NCBI GenBank assembly: GCA_040954595.2
Contig: CM082586.2
Coordinates: 587,123 to 651,122 of the forward strand
Direction of reading: 5' to 3'
Origin: Balanoglossus misakiensis
Lineage: Eukaryota > Animalia > Hemichordata
Length of the DNA: 64,000 nucleotides
Below the pieces are notes generated by a model. It saw nothing but the letters and a program-made list of their open reading frames with translations. It had not been told where the DNA came from and did not search any database. Every line of letters starts with the position of its first letter. Position 1 is the stretch's first letter. A program made the position numbers and the translations under genes. Shown one piece after another: positions 23,579 through 36,160 of this stretch.

Positions 23579-26500
23579 TCATTTAATGTTATATTCATCA
23601 TTTCTCAGTTCGTTTAAATTTATTTCCTTCATTTTAATTCCCTGGGATTTCTCTGCGTTTGCCATCTTCCGGAGCGCCAACCACGTGATCAAGTACATAA
23701 TTACGGCGATGACCTTCAAAACAACCTCAAACGCCATCAATTTCATGCGATAATTGTAGAGATCGTAAACCCAACAGGTGCTGAAAACACTACATTCAGA
23801 CGTCCCCCAGAATATACAGGCTGAGTCGATGATGTAGCCCATATATATCGGAGTGGGTACCCAACCTGCAAGCAAAATAAAACAAAACCCTGAACAACGT
23901 TTCGCATAATTCTGGTAACTGAATTCTCACTATGGGTATCTATTGTAAGCTTAACTAATTTGAGTATGTTGGTAACACAATAGGATTAATAGACCATTTT
24001 CCGAATTCCACGAGATTTCGCGTGGCTGGCATTTTTTCTGAGGGCATTTCTCCACAAGGCCCCCATTCTCTTTTCATACAAAGATTGACTTGCACACACA
24101 CTGTAGTTTCCGTACTTACCGATAAACTGAGCAAAAAGCTGTCGAATGCCAACTGCAAACGGCTTGTCCTTGGGATCGACAATGCTAGAATAAAGAATCC
24201 AACCCGTCATATGATTAATAATATGGTCTGTTATTAATTAAATTCAGAAAACACGAAAACGTATCGCACAGTTAGTATCGTCATATTGATAATTTTCTTA
24301 CCGGAGAGGTAACACAACGTACGCTGCCATCGGTAATCCGGCAACGAAAGAGAAGACGAAACAGACCATAACAAAAATCACCAGCAGGGTATCACATTGC
24401 TCTCCACAAATTCCACCTATAGCTGTTCTTTCCGACAGAGGAGTCTGCAAGTCGTTATCTTCGTTGTCAGTTAAGAGACCAACGCAAGTACAGGAACTGA
24501 AGTTCTGAAAATACATTAAACAAGAGAAAACTCAGTGGTCATGCATAATCGCACAATTTTAGTGAACACAGTAATTTCACATTTGAGAGTTATTGAAATG
24601 CCTGCAATGTGACCCAATACCCGGATGAAACCATCAACAAATAGTGAAACCTTAAAGCTAGCACGGTAATTAGAACAAGTTTAGCATTGATTCGTGTAAC
24701 ACAAACCTTTGAGGTAGCTGTTTCTGTACATCCGGCGTAGCAAGGGGAATAGTACGTGACACCATCGCTGCCACAGACAGGGTCGTAGTCAGATTTTGAA
24801 CACCCACAATTTTGATTACACGATGACGTCAGTGGAGACGAATCCAAGCTGGAAAAGTCTTCATGCCTGTAGTAAGATTGGTATTACATGTATTACAATT
24901 ACATTTCACCAGTTTGTGAAAGCTGAACTTGTTGCTACGGTCTAACTACTAGTATTTGTCTGTCTGCCTGTCTGTCTGTCTGTCTGTGCGATGCCTGTCT
25001 GGTCTGTTTCCCTCCCTTCTCCCTCTCTTCGAAGAACATTACAGAGAAGCGACTCGGAATCCTCACCTGAGTGTGGTTGCATTGATGGTAACATTCAGAA
25101 TAATCCTCTCCTTATAAGGAACGGACACACCAGCAAACGTGTCTGTTTCACAACCAAGAAAAAGTACCGGGATAGGGAGTATGGCGTTGATTATTCCAAA
25201 TATGACCAACACTTTTGCTATGGCAACCGGCGCCATTTTCAATCGGCGCAGTATATAGCCACCAGCGAAGATCCCTATGGATGATGATACCACCAAGGAG
25301 ATACCTAGAATGTCAAATGATGGTGAATGACAAAGTGAATGACAACGCCTGCGTTTATAATTGTTTGTTAAATATAAATGATGTGTCATTTTAGATGATA
25401 GAACCGGTTACGTGCGTGAAAAATTGAAATAGTCTTTAAAAATAATGAGAAATCCGATAGTCAATTAAACTGATGATACTATAGTTTACTGTTGTTCTTA
25501 CTTATGAATTTATGTTTTCAAAAAAAGACAAAACTGACTATAAGAGACATACCTGTCAGAAAAGCCGCTTTTGAAGCGGGGATTCGGAATTGTAACTCCA
25601 CGTATTTGGTGAAATAAGTTACTAGACCGGAAGTGATGGCGCACTCTAATGCGTAACCAATGGAAACTGATATCAGAGGAACATTGGTGAAGAGTCTCCG
25701 AATTACCACAGGAAATTCTGGAATATAATATGCGAGGAAAATAAGATATAAAATCCGTAGTTGGAGTGCACAGTGCCACAAAGTAGTCAAAATACGCTTC
25801 TCTACCTCTTATTCTGCTCAATGCTTCTTGTCCCATTCTGTTCTCGTCTTCATCTTCATAATCATCTTTCCGCTTGGGAGTGTCCTTGTCAGTTTCAGGT
25901 GGCAGTGGTAATTTCTTTGGCAGTAATACTATCGGAATGGCAAAGGCCAGTGATAGGACACCCTCCACGATAAATCCCAGCCACCAAGCTCCAACCCAAC
26001 GGGTGTCGTAAGGGTCTATATCAATTGTTGACATATCGACGCGATTGAAATCAACGTAGATCCCGACAAATAAAGAAGCAAATGGAAATCCAACCACAGG
26101 TCCCAGGGTGAACATCCCATAATAGATACCTAAAAAGAACAACGAAACCACCTTACTTGAAAAAAATAGTTCTTTTTAGGGCTTTAGTAATACAATAGTT
26201 GACACCAAACCTCTGTGTAATCACGGTGGAGACAAAATAAAGAAGCGGCTTTTATGAAAAAAGATGACGAACATATTTAAAAAGACTCTTCACACATTTC
26301 AATATAGCAAAGACTGAACTAAAATGTTCCCAAGGTGAAACCAATATCAAGGCCCAAGACATTGTATGGTCGATTGCGCGATATCTTACCTAAATAAAGA
26401 GGTGCCTTGAGTTTGCCGATGCCATCGTCAATATATGTTGGCGCCAGAATCACTAAGGGAGTGTAGAAAATTCCCGCCAGAGTGTGTCCTAGCAACATGA

Positions 26501-27182
26501 ATACCGTGGTCATCATGCTCTCTCGTTCGTCATTGGCTGAACAGCTCGTGACGTTGGTGCTGGATTCTCCGTTTTTAGTGCTGTCGTGCGCTAAGCACAT
26601 AGTTGTGTCATTTGTTCCAAGTTCAACAGTGCTGTAGTTGTACGGTTCGGACAGAAAATGCGAAATGGATACAGAGCATAAACTCAGCGCGCCCAGAATG
26701 AGGCAGATACCAATAGAGCGAGGGCGATGGCTGTCTGGTCGACCGCAGAGGAACGAGACGAAGAGAACGGATACCAATGTTGCACCGTCGAAAAGCGTTG
26801 CATTTAATCCCATGAGAACACTTTGTAGGGAGTATCTCTTCTGGATGCTTGTCATTGTTGTGATGAAGACACTAAAACTGAACGAGAACAAGAAATTGGA
26901 GGCGCACAAAAGGAAGAAGGCGAATTTGATATTGGCGAATATCTGCAGACATTGTGGTCGCCAGCTGCCGATTCCACACATCATGTCGGGATCCTCATCC
27001 TCATCCATTGAATACTTGAAATTCTTTTTGCCATCTTGCCGTTCTGTTGTAGCTGGCAAAAACTTCCCCGTCTCCTCGGCCTCTCCCCTTTCATCCGTAG
27101 TCGGCCGGTAATTCACTGACAATGGAATCAGTCCGTCTTCAGTAACTGTCCCGCTTTCGAATTCGTTTTCGGCGTTCTGCAT
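23579..27182 (-). CDS. SLCO/OATP family transporter, copy C, ~744 aa, 8 coding exons
   Basis: Exons 27182-26390, 26129-25806, 25717-25553, 25304-25067, 24866-24707, 24504-24302, 24184-24120, 23865-23579; all GT-AG with consistent phases. OATP signature and Kazal loop present. Confidence 0.93.
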
Positions 27183-27255
27183 TTTCCTGGGACAATTTTT
27201 GGTAGAATAAATGAAATAGATGTAATTGCATGATATGATTATCTAATCTAATCAA

Positions 27256-27277
27256 TCACTCACTCACTCACTCACTC
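27256..27277. repeat. Short (TCAC)5 at the position paralogous to the long arrays in SLCO A and B
   Basis: Seen directly; same flanking context (gcatgatatgattatctaatc) as copy A. Confidence 0.9.
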
Positions 27278-30200
27278 TTGTGTTAGCGAATGTTGAGAAA
27301 ATCATCAAGAACCTTTATCAAAACTGATTTTCAACATGTCTTAAGATTGATTGGTTTTTCTCCTGGGCTCCAACTTCTATTATAGTCCGGGTCGGCTGCT
27401 CCAGGGGCCAGATGTAACTGTGTCAAATGTACTCTGCATATGTCCACAGACAAGTTCAGAGAAGCTAGCCGCATAGTCAAGATCAACACCAGCACTAGAG
27501 ATGATATATGTTTAGAATTTTGTATATTATACTGTATGTAAGATAAAAAACAGATTTGGTGGCACAATGAAGGAAAGTATTTGACAGACCCCTGGGGCTA
27601 AAAAAAACCGATATGCATGGAAGAAAACATCGCTTTAGTCACACTAAATACGAAAGGTACAAAAAGCGACCCTTGACATGGCTAAGGGCACTGTTCGCGG
27701 GCTGCTAGCGTGAGAAATTGCCTTGCTTCTAACCTTTAACCCGGGTTGTTGAATTCAGATACAAAAGACTACATCGTTCGACAAGGCACCATGATTTACT
27801 AGTGATGAATGTACCCCTCACACTTTACGTGCCAGGCCATGGAACCACTTCAGAGAGGTGCCCCTGTTTCAAACCTACATTTGACAAACAATCAAGTCCC
27901 ATAAAGGAAAAACAGTATAGGTACGTCTCTGAGTTAGGCGCCATTTGCTTTATACACCTTCAAACACTTCATATGAAAAAAGTGCATCGTTTAAATCAGT
28001 AAGCTTCTGTATCTCCTTATTGTATCCCCCGCGTTTAAAAATTAAGATACCAATTCTTTGGTGTATTCTACCTTGACTAGTGTTAACTTTTGAATTCAGA
28101 TAGAAATAAAGTTGTTCGCCTTCTTGAGTTAAAATAGACAATTCAAACTTGGGTTGTACCATCGGTCAGTTTTGGTAGTCATTTGATATACATGTATCAG
28201 ACATTATGAATATGTAACTTGGTTTGGTAGAAGATGGTTTGCATGGGTTTCACTCTTGAATTTCATTTGAAGCAAGTCTCAGAATTGTTTTTTCTCTTCG
28301 TGATTTCGTTATAGTACAAGTCATGTAGCACTGATTGTACTAACCAATGTATATGCAACTAGAACATCTTCTATATAGACTGTGTCTTAATGCCCAGTAG
28401 TCGGAAACTCTTTCAGTCTATACTACAAAGTTGTTCATAAATGATAATAGTTTCGACTTAATGCTCACCTGTTGCTTTATGAATCACTGCTTAAGATACA
28501 AACCGCACGTCTGCGCACACCAAACAACACAAACACAAAATCAAGCCAACCAATGCCCCGAAAATGGTGATCACGCGTTCCTGAACGCACCCTCATTTGT
28601 ATACCCCCATTGTACCTTTATTCAAAGCAGGGTCAACTCAGCAGGTAGGTTCTTTGTATACTGCACTCATGTGAAGTGATTGCAACTGAATGAGAAATGA
28701 CTACTTAAAGTCTTTGCGTTTAACAACTTCTCTGGCATCTGAAGGTCATTCACCCAAATGGACTCTATGTTATTAGAATTATTTCGATTTTCATTTCATG
28801 ATCTAGATGTGCGGCTCTATCATTAATATACATCACTCATTAGGGACGGAGATTCTGATACAATAGCCTGGTAAAATACAGCTTTCTCATTGGTTAAGAG
28901 ACTGACTGCACTGGTCCAGGTGTAAATCGAGTTGCCACGTTGTAGGAGACATGCGCATGTCACTGTGTTTCAGTCAGGCCACCAGCATGGTCGCGCTCCC
29001 GGATATCTCTGCCACAGAGTTTTCAAGCGAATTTGAACGGTTTTGCTCTCAGTTTGACAACCCGACACCCCTGGGATAAGAGAGAAGATTTTACACTAAC
29101 TGCAAAACAGGAACGTGCAAGATTTCAGGCTCCCGTGAACTCGTAAGTCTACCAGGTGACGCATGTTAGTGTGGGATGCATAGGGATCGGATGAGAAGAT
29201 CATACACGCCATTCTGACAAGGTAAGCGTACAAGAACATTGGGTCACATGACCATGCGATGTATTCATAGGAATTTGTAGGAGATCATCAAAATAAGGAT
29301 CAAACGGTGAAAGAGAAGAACAATAGAGCTGGGCAAAACCACAGTGGTCAAAGGGTTAAACACTTTTGTAGTGCACACAGCAATCTGAGAATGATCACAG
29401 TACCTCTTAAACCACGATGTCTGGGACTAACATTTCTCATCCATGAGGTACAAGTGTAGAACCACAATCCCCTTGGAAAAGATATTGTGAAAAGTTTCCA
29501 GACAAGACTTTTGAGTAGGAGTATGTCACCCATTGTGTATGAAAAATCATTGCAACATAAAAAATATTTGGAAAATGTACTTTTATTTGATAAAAAATAA
29601 GTAAAGGCAGCACAACTTAGTTTTCTCACATACAGATAATTGTGTACTGAAATGGTTAAACTTCTGGCCAATAATACACTAACGAATACTAGTTGTAGAA
29701 AGTACGATATAGTCACCAATAGAGATGAGTAATTGAGTGTTATGAGGGTAGTTTGTACACTTAGATGGCTCAGGCTGTAATATATGAAGCAAGAATTCTG
29801 AAGTGTCAGACTTGGGCAGAGAAGCTTAGATCTCCATTTTACAATCAGAAACAAATAGGCAGGAATGATCTATTCAGATACATTGTGTTTTTTTTTTTCA
29901 TAAAACCTAAAAAAATCCTACATGTGCGAGGATGCAAAACCAAGAATTTACTTATTTCAGGTACCGTACAAGTGTTATATACATGCCACATTGAATATTA
30001 CCTGTGCCGTTGTATATGCTTTGAGTCCAAACTATGCCCTGTAAGAGAATCCTGCAAATTGTGTATTCTTGACCAGAATTCAAAGTACAAATTTACAAGT
30101 CGATACTAGTTTTACAGGCTAAGATACGCTGCCCATCAATTAAAATAAGTCTATTTACTAAAACATCTTGAAACTATGGACTTTCAGTGTGGAAGTTCCA

Positions 30201-31401
30201 TTCAACAAAAATACAAAAACTTAAAACTTTATAATTTAAAACAGTCGTCTTTTAACAGTGGGTCTCTATATCATTCAAGGAAGATGTATGAATATTTAAT
30301 GAGATATTTTTCTGCTATGAAGCAAGTCATTACCTCATGGACTGGAATTTTCCCAGCATATTTTTTAAATACATGTCCAAGTGCATTTGATGAAATTGGT
30401 TTTCTTTATAGAATGTGACAGCACCATCAAACATCAGTATCCACACGTATTTATCCTGATAATCAGCCTTTTTATTAAAAAGAAAATATTGCTTCAAAAG
30501 CAATGGTGATTCAGGGTATGAGCTGGTCATATGCAACTTTAGACAAAAAGGCAATATATTGGGCTGTGTTTTTTTTTTTGACATGAACATTTTAATCCTT
30601 GAGAATATTTGTGTCTTCTTCCTTTGAAATAGTACATAGCTAAATCCTAAAACAGATACAAAATAAACGAAAGAAAAAAACACTAGCTTTTTAAATCATA
30701 AACATCACTTGTAACTGTAAAAATACTGACATAAAACTAGATAATACACTACTCTCGTTACTAAAACCATTCGGTCAGTGTCCAAAAAGGAGCTAAAAAG
30801 TACAAAGTTCAACAATTTAAGGACTATCTTAGTATATATTAAACAATCATTTACAGTGGAAAGTTGTCCTAGAGTTCTCTCCATTTGGCAGAGACAATAT
30901 GCCCTTGTATGATAGGATAGAATGGTAATGAAGCAAACTAGTGGATGCCTTATATACACTGTGTGTGTGTTGTTGATTAGCATTTATGTCTTTATCAATT
31001 CTAGGTTGGCAGCAATCTTATGTTTTCCAAAGGAAATAGCAACCGATTCCAGAAATGACTGTGCCGTAAAGAGGGATTGTATTTACAACCTTGCTAATGT
31101 CAGACCCACTTTTCCTACAACTTGAACAACAACAGCAGCGAGTGAGTATGCATTTTCAGCAACAACTCCATTTTACAAGTCATTCTCCACATGCAAGACT
31201 TCCACAAGAAGTGTAGGAATTCTAAAATTATTATCTACATATATCCACCCCAAAAAGTGATGCATATAAGGAATCTACTAGTTGCCAGCAACACCAATTT
31301 CCAATACATCCTTTCATACAAGGAAACCCTAAGCTCTGAATAAACTGGTATCGAATCCAGTACTATAGTATTTTACAGTCTGTGTTAAAACTTTTTAAAA
31401 A

Positions 31402-34400
31402 TTATAAGAGTAGATCAAATCTGGGTCCTTTGGTGACTGAAATGTCTCCGAAAGGTTCATCTTGATTGACTTCTATTGCATTCTGTTTCTTGAGAACAAG
31501 GAATGTGTAGAACTTGGATGCTGCTTGTTTTCGGTTATTTTTCTTGGCCAATTCTGAAAAGGTGACTTGGTCTTGCTTTTGAAGTTGTTTCTGGAGAACA
31601 TGGATCATCTGTTGTGTTCTCTTGTTCCATCGTTTCTCTTCAAGTTCTGCTGCATCTCCTTCTCCATCTTCCTCCTCGTCTTCGTCTTGTGACACCTCCG
31701 GTGACTGTAAAACAAAGGTCACAGTGTAAGCATGCATATATCTAGACTTGACACAACTAATTTGAAATAAAACTTCACTCACTGCAGGTCTCTATGGATA
31801 TCAGACACTGAAGAAGTCAGAGACACAAACACAAAGCAGTAAGTGCCAATGGAGCATAATTTACCTCTTGTCCATGGTGTTCATCATCATCCTCACTGTC
31901 TGACTGCGGTTCAACACCAAATGACTGCACTGAATCTGGTCCAAACAAGTCATCTCCCATATCACCATCACCATCACTGGAAGGAGTGTATGGTCTTGGT
32001 GGAGGTGACATCGTTGGTAACGGAACTGGTTCGGCGCTCTTTCTTTCCGCTTTCCGTTCTTGCCTCGAGCTCTCGTTCACTTCCAGCGTCGATTCCTGTT
32101 CTTGAATCACCGGTTCCTCTACTGGATTAACAAAATAAACTTCCACATCAGGAATCGTTCATGGAATCATCATGTGAGCTAGCATGATAAACTACAAATT
32201 CAACAAACAGCGCATTTTTCTAGGCTGCGCCAATTTTCTTTATGGAAAAAGCAGATGATTTTGCTCAAGTTTTGTAGATAAGATGAATTACCTTCTCGCG
32301 CCTCTTCTACTCTTGGCAGTTCAGGTTCATCAACTTCCATTTTCTCTTCTTCATGCTCGATCTCTCCGTGTTTGGCAATGACTTTCTGCGTTGTGAGATT
32401 TCGGGTAAAAATCTACAAAGAAAGCAGAGATTTCTCACCATTAAACTCTATCTCTCAACTTGAGTCAGTGGCGCGTCAAATTGGCTTGGAGAGCACACTG
32501 GAAAACACATCTTATTATGGATACATTTAGCAAAAGGACTGTGGCAGTAACATGTGTACTAACCTTGAGTAAACAGCTTCCAGCAACTCTTCCTGGCAAT
32601 GAAAACAATTTGTCTACTCCTCCAGTTTCTTTCCAAATCATGAGTTTCTTGGTGGGTGGTGCTAAATCTAATGTTGAAGTGATGTCTGTCGTGTCTTTGA
32701 GTTGTGCTTTGATGATATCACCAGACAATTCTTTGACATCGTCGACGACTAGTTTACGTTTACGCCGGTGTCTCGTTTCTTTCATTCCTGTCATTGATAA
32801 GAATAATGCATGGATATGTCAGAAAAATAAGGTTGGGGCTCATTTTGAGCAAAGGTTCATATGTTAAAGTCATTCAATACATTTTCCAGCTGGGGAGTTA
32901 GCTTTTCTGCTCTCAGTAAATTCTACTTCACAATTTTTGTGTCCAGGTGGCACAAAAATGCAGAGAAATGTCCTTTTACCTGTGACGTCAATGGGTTCAA
33001 GTGCAAAAGCTTCCTCTTCATTTTGTACCAATGTCGTCTGATCTGCTACTGATGGTGCAACAGACGGAGGTGGTTCCAACGGTGATGGTGGGGGACCCAA
33101 TTGCTGTTCTTCTATTTCTTGTGACGTCTCTTCCCTCGGTTTGCTTCCTATGGTTGGAAAGTATTCCCCATTACATTCATACACTATACATCATGTCTGA
33201 CTGTGAGGATATGACTCAGACTGACAAATTCAAACAGGTTTTATTCCAGCACAAATCAATAACACCCATTTGCACTTTTCAACACTACAACAAACATACC
33301 TTCTTTCTCTCGTGTTTCATCCTTTTTCTCCGACGGCTCTCCTCCAAGAGAAACCTCATTTCCTGTAATTTCCGGCTGCTCTTCAAACAGATTCGGCTCA
33401 TCCAGGAACCCATCACCAAGAATTCCATCTCCCATAGCTATACCCATTCCACCACCAAATCCATCATCCACCAGAGGTTTGTCATAGCCTAGATCCATGT
33501 GTTTATCGAGAGATGCATCGATTGTGGTGTCTTTCTTCTCCCCAGCTAACATTAAGTGACTTTCATCACCAGACGGTTTGTAGAGGGATTCTTCCATGTT
33601 GGCGCTTTCACGCATCACTTCGCGGTCGTCAAATGGAATATCACCTAAAGTGCACAAAATACAGGGTCAGTGTGTGTGTTTCAGGATGTTCGCAATTTTT
33701 ATCTGAACCTCCAATTTTTATCTGAACCTCCTAAATGTGAAATATGCACATGTTGACAAAAAGTAACTTATAATGAAGTCCACTTACCAAAGCCATCATC
33801 ATGACCAGACAACGTGATATTTCCAAAGTCCTCTTTCATGGTGATTTCTTCCACTCGACTTTGATTCATAGTAAACTGCTTCTGGATGTCGATGTCACTG
33901 GTTGAAACAAATATCAAGTCACATTGTGGTAAATATGTCATACATAATCTCAGTCTGTTATTTTAACAAATTTTAAAATATCTCCAACAACTACACTGGT
34001 TTGATTTTATAAATTAATAGTTGCTTTGGTGTTATATCAACATGCATAAAAATGTTTACCTGTAATCTGGTACTGGTGCATCAAAATCGTGAAATACTTC
34101 AGGCAGAGTAATGGCAGTGAATGCAGCCTCACGGTTGTCTTCTGGCAAGTCTACAACACCCGGCCTGAAGGCCATCTTGATCTTGACAAAAGCTTCATTA
34201 CAGTCAGCCAGCAAGTATTTTGCTTTTCGACTGTGAATTCGGACAACTCCAAGAAGCAAATGACCGGATGTTCTCAGAGCCATTTTGACCTGTGTTATTG
34301 AAATATACAAGATTGTCAATGCTGGGTTGCAAAAAAAGTGATGAACTTTAATAAGCCTACCTAGTACCCTCAATGTAAACATTGAAACCAGCAATCTTCA

Positions 34401-34593
34401 CATGTCTGTTTCACACACACATAATGTACAAAATTGATGTGTTACATACCTTGGGATGAATGATACTCTCAACACTACTTTCAACATTTGTTTCAAAGAC
34501 GTGAGCCTTTGTAAGTTTCTTGTCCCAATGAGCAGCCAGCCATATCCTAGCTAAAGGACCCTTCTTGCTCAGCACAAAATGGGCGTAAAACAT
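31402..34593 (-). CDS. RAD21: Cohesin kleisin subunit RAD21, 633 aa, 9 coding exons
   Basis: Exons 34593-34450, 34289-34060, 33897-33788, 33644-33300, 33147-32980, 32787-32564, 32412-32292, 32121-31865, 31704-31402. Hallmark N-terminus [36 protein letters not shown], central RKRKLVVD...[10 protein letters not shown]-terminal winged helix [16 protein letters not shown], separase-type ExxR site (DREVMR). Confidence 0.98.
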
Positions 34594-35439
34594 GGTGTGT
34601 GCGGTCCTTCTAAACTACAAAAATGTCAAATCTGTAAGAAATGGATATAAAAATGTTATTGCATAACTTATTACAATTGTTACAACGCAGTCAAAATATT
34701 ATAAATGATGAACAACATAAAACAATTGATGTGGCAGTATGAAAGATAACGATTGCACCATTCCTTATGCACGTGTACACAGACATGTACGCTTGTTGTA
34801 TATTGCATCATGGACAAATGTAGGTCAGTGTCATGTGTGGTTGTTTTGACGTCTCTCGACAATCCACATAAACACAAACATTCAAACTGATACCATGCAT
34901 ATATAATAGCACAAATAGAGTCTACTGCCAAGAAAGCCAACTACAAGGGCATCGCAAACGATTATCGCTGTTGTTTATTCGTCGATCGCTTCCGATCGAA
35001 AGTGTCATGAGCCATGCGATGTGACGACCTGGATTTTCGATTCAATGTGTTTTAATACGAAAGATGTTGCCGTCTGAGTACATGTATAATTGTTTGCATA
35101 AAAAGTTCTTGCAATCAAACCCTTCCGTTATAAATTGTTCGTTTCAACACGAAATTACAAGAATGCAAATCATTTAGAAACAAACAACAACAGAAATAGA
35201 CCTCATTCACAAAATCGGTTATTGTCAGAAGACAGCATTCTGGGGTCAGAAAATGCCCAGAAATAGCTTTCATATCGGCGACAATAACAAAGATGTTCTA
35301 GATCTATATTTGACACAGTACTACTTTAGAAGGGATGTATTTTTGTACCATTAGTTATAAACGTATACATGTAATGAGACAGGTATCAATCATTGGCGTG
35401 CTTGCCCGGTTGCAGAACGTTGCCTGAAACGGGGACTAA

Positions 35440-36160
35440 AATAAGTGAAAACATCGGAAAATGCATCGATTTACCTTAAAACAGAACGGAACGGGCACTT
35501 CAGGCCACCTGCAACAGCTCCTTTTGCTGTATCTTTACGATTCGGCGTATGTGAAGGAAAATATTGTAAACAATATTGAAATGTCTCGGCAGATTTCGAA
35601 CGCGTACACTACCAAATTAGTTCAAAATGGCGTCCTTTTTGTTTCCCGCCCAAACACTCTGTTCGAAATTATTATTTACGCCATTTCCGATTAAGACACA
35701 AAGTAATTCCGAGGTTTATTTTAAAGCTAACAAACCTGCTATGTTACGCGTAGGGAATGTCGGTGTTAAATTCTATCTTTAACTGTTTTGCATTTAATTT
35801 TCAACGTTTTAATCGCAGAAATTATCCAAATAGCTATTGCAAGAATTCGAGCTTTCTGATACACTTTGACCTGCGACTTAATATTATTTACATGCTTGCG
35901 TGATGAGGTGAAATGTTTATATGTCGCTTGCTGCAATATACATGGATAACCTTACGATTGCAAGTCATTTGATTAGACAAGCATGCTAATTTTCAATTTT
36001 TAGTTTGAATCTTATCATAAATAATAAAATGCCGATTGAAAATTCTGTTTTGTTGGGAAAATTAATCTGCAAATAGTTCTTCGCTGCAGTTGCGTCTCAC
36101 CCTGTCGGTGGTGGCGCTCAGCGATGGAGAGCGATGACGTGTTAGAGGGTCACGTGATGT
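35440..36160. promoter_or_regulatory. Divergent promoter region between RAD21 and the Bfr1-like gene
   Basis: CpG-enriched; YY1-type AAAATGGCG near 35625; candidate RAD21 5' UTR donor near 35474 (minus strand); E-box CACGTG near 36151; the two genes are head-to-head. Confidence 0.5.

Noticed and set aside
29348-31125. Several 60-170 aa ORFs
   Set aside because: AT-rich sequence downstream of the RAD21 stop, consistent with a long 3' UTR; no coding signal.
33694-33731. 19-bp tandem duplication in a RAD21 intron
   Set aside because: Ordinary slippage duplication with no evident function.
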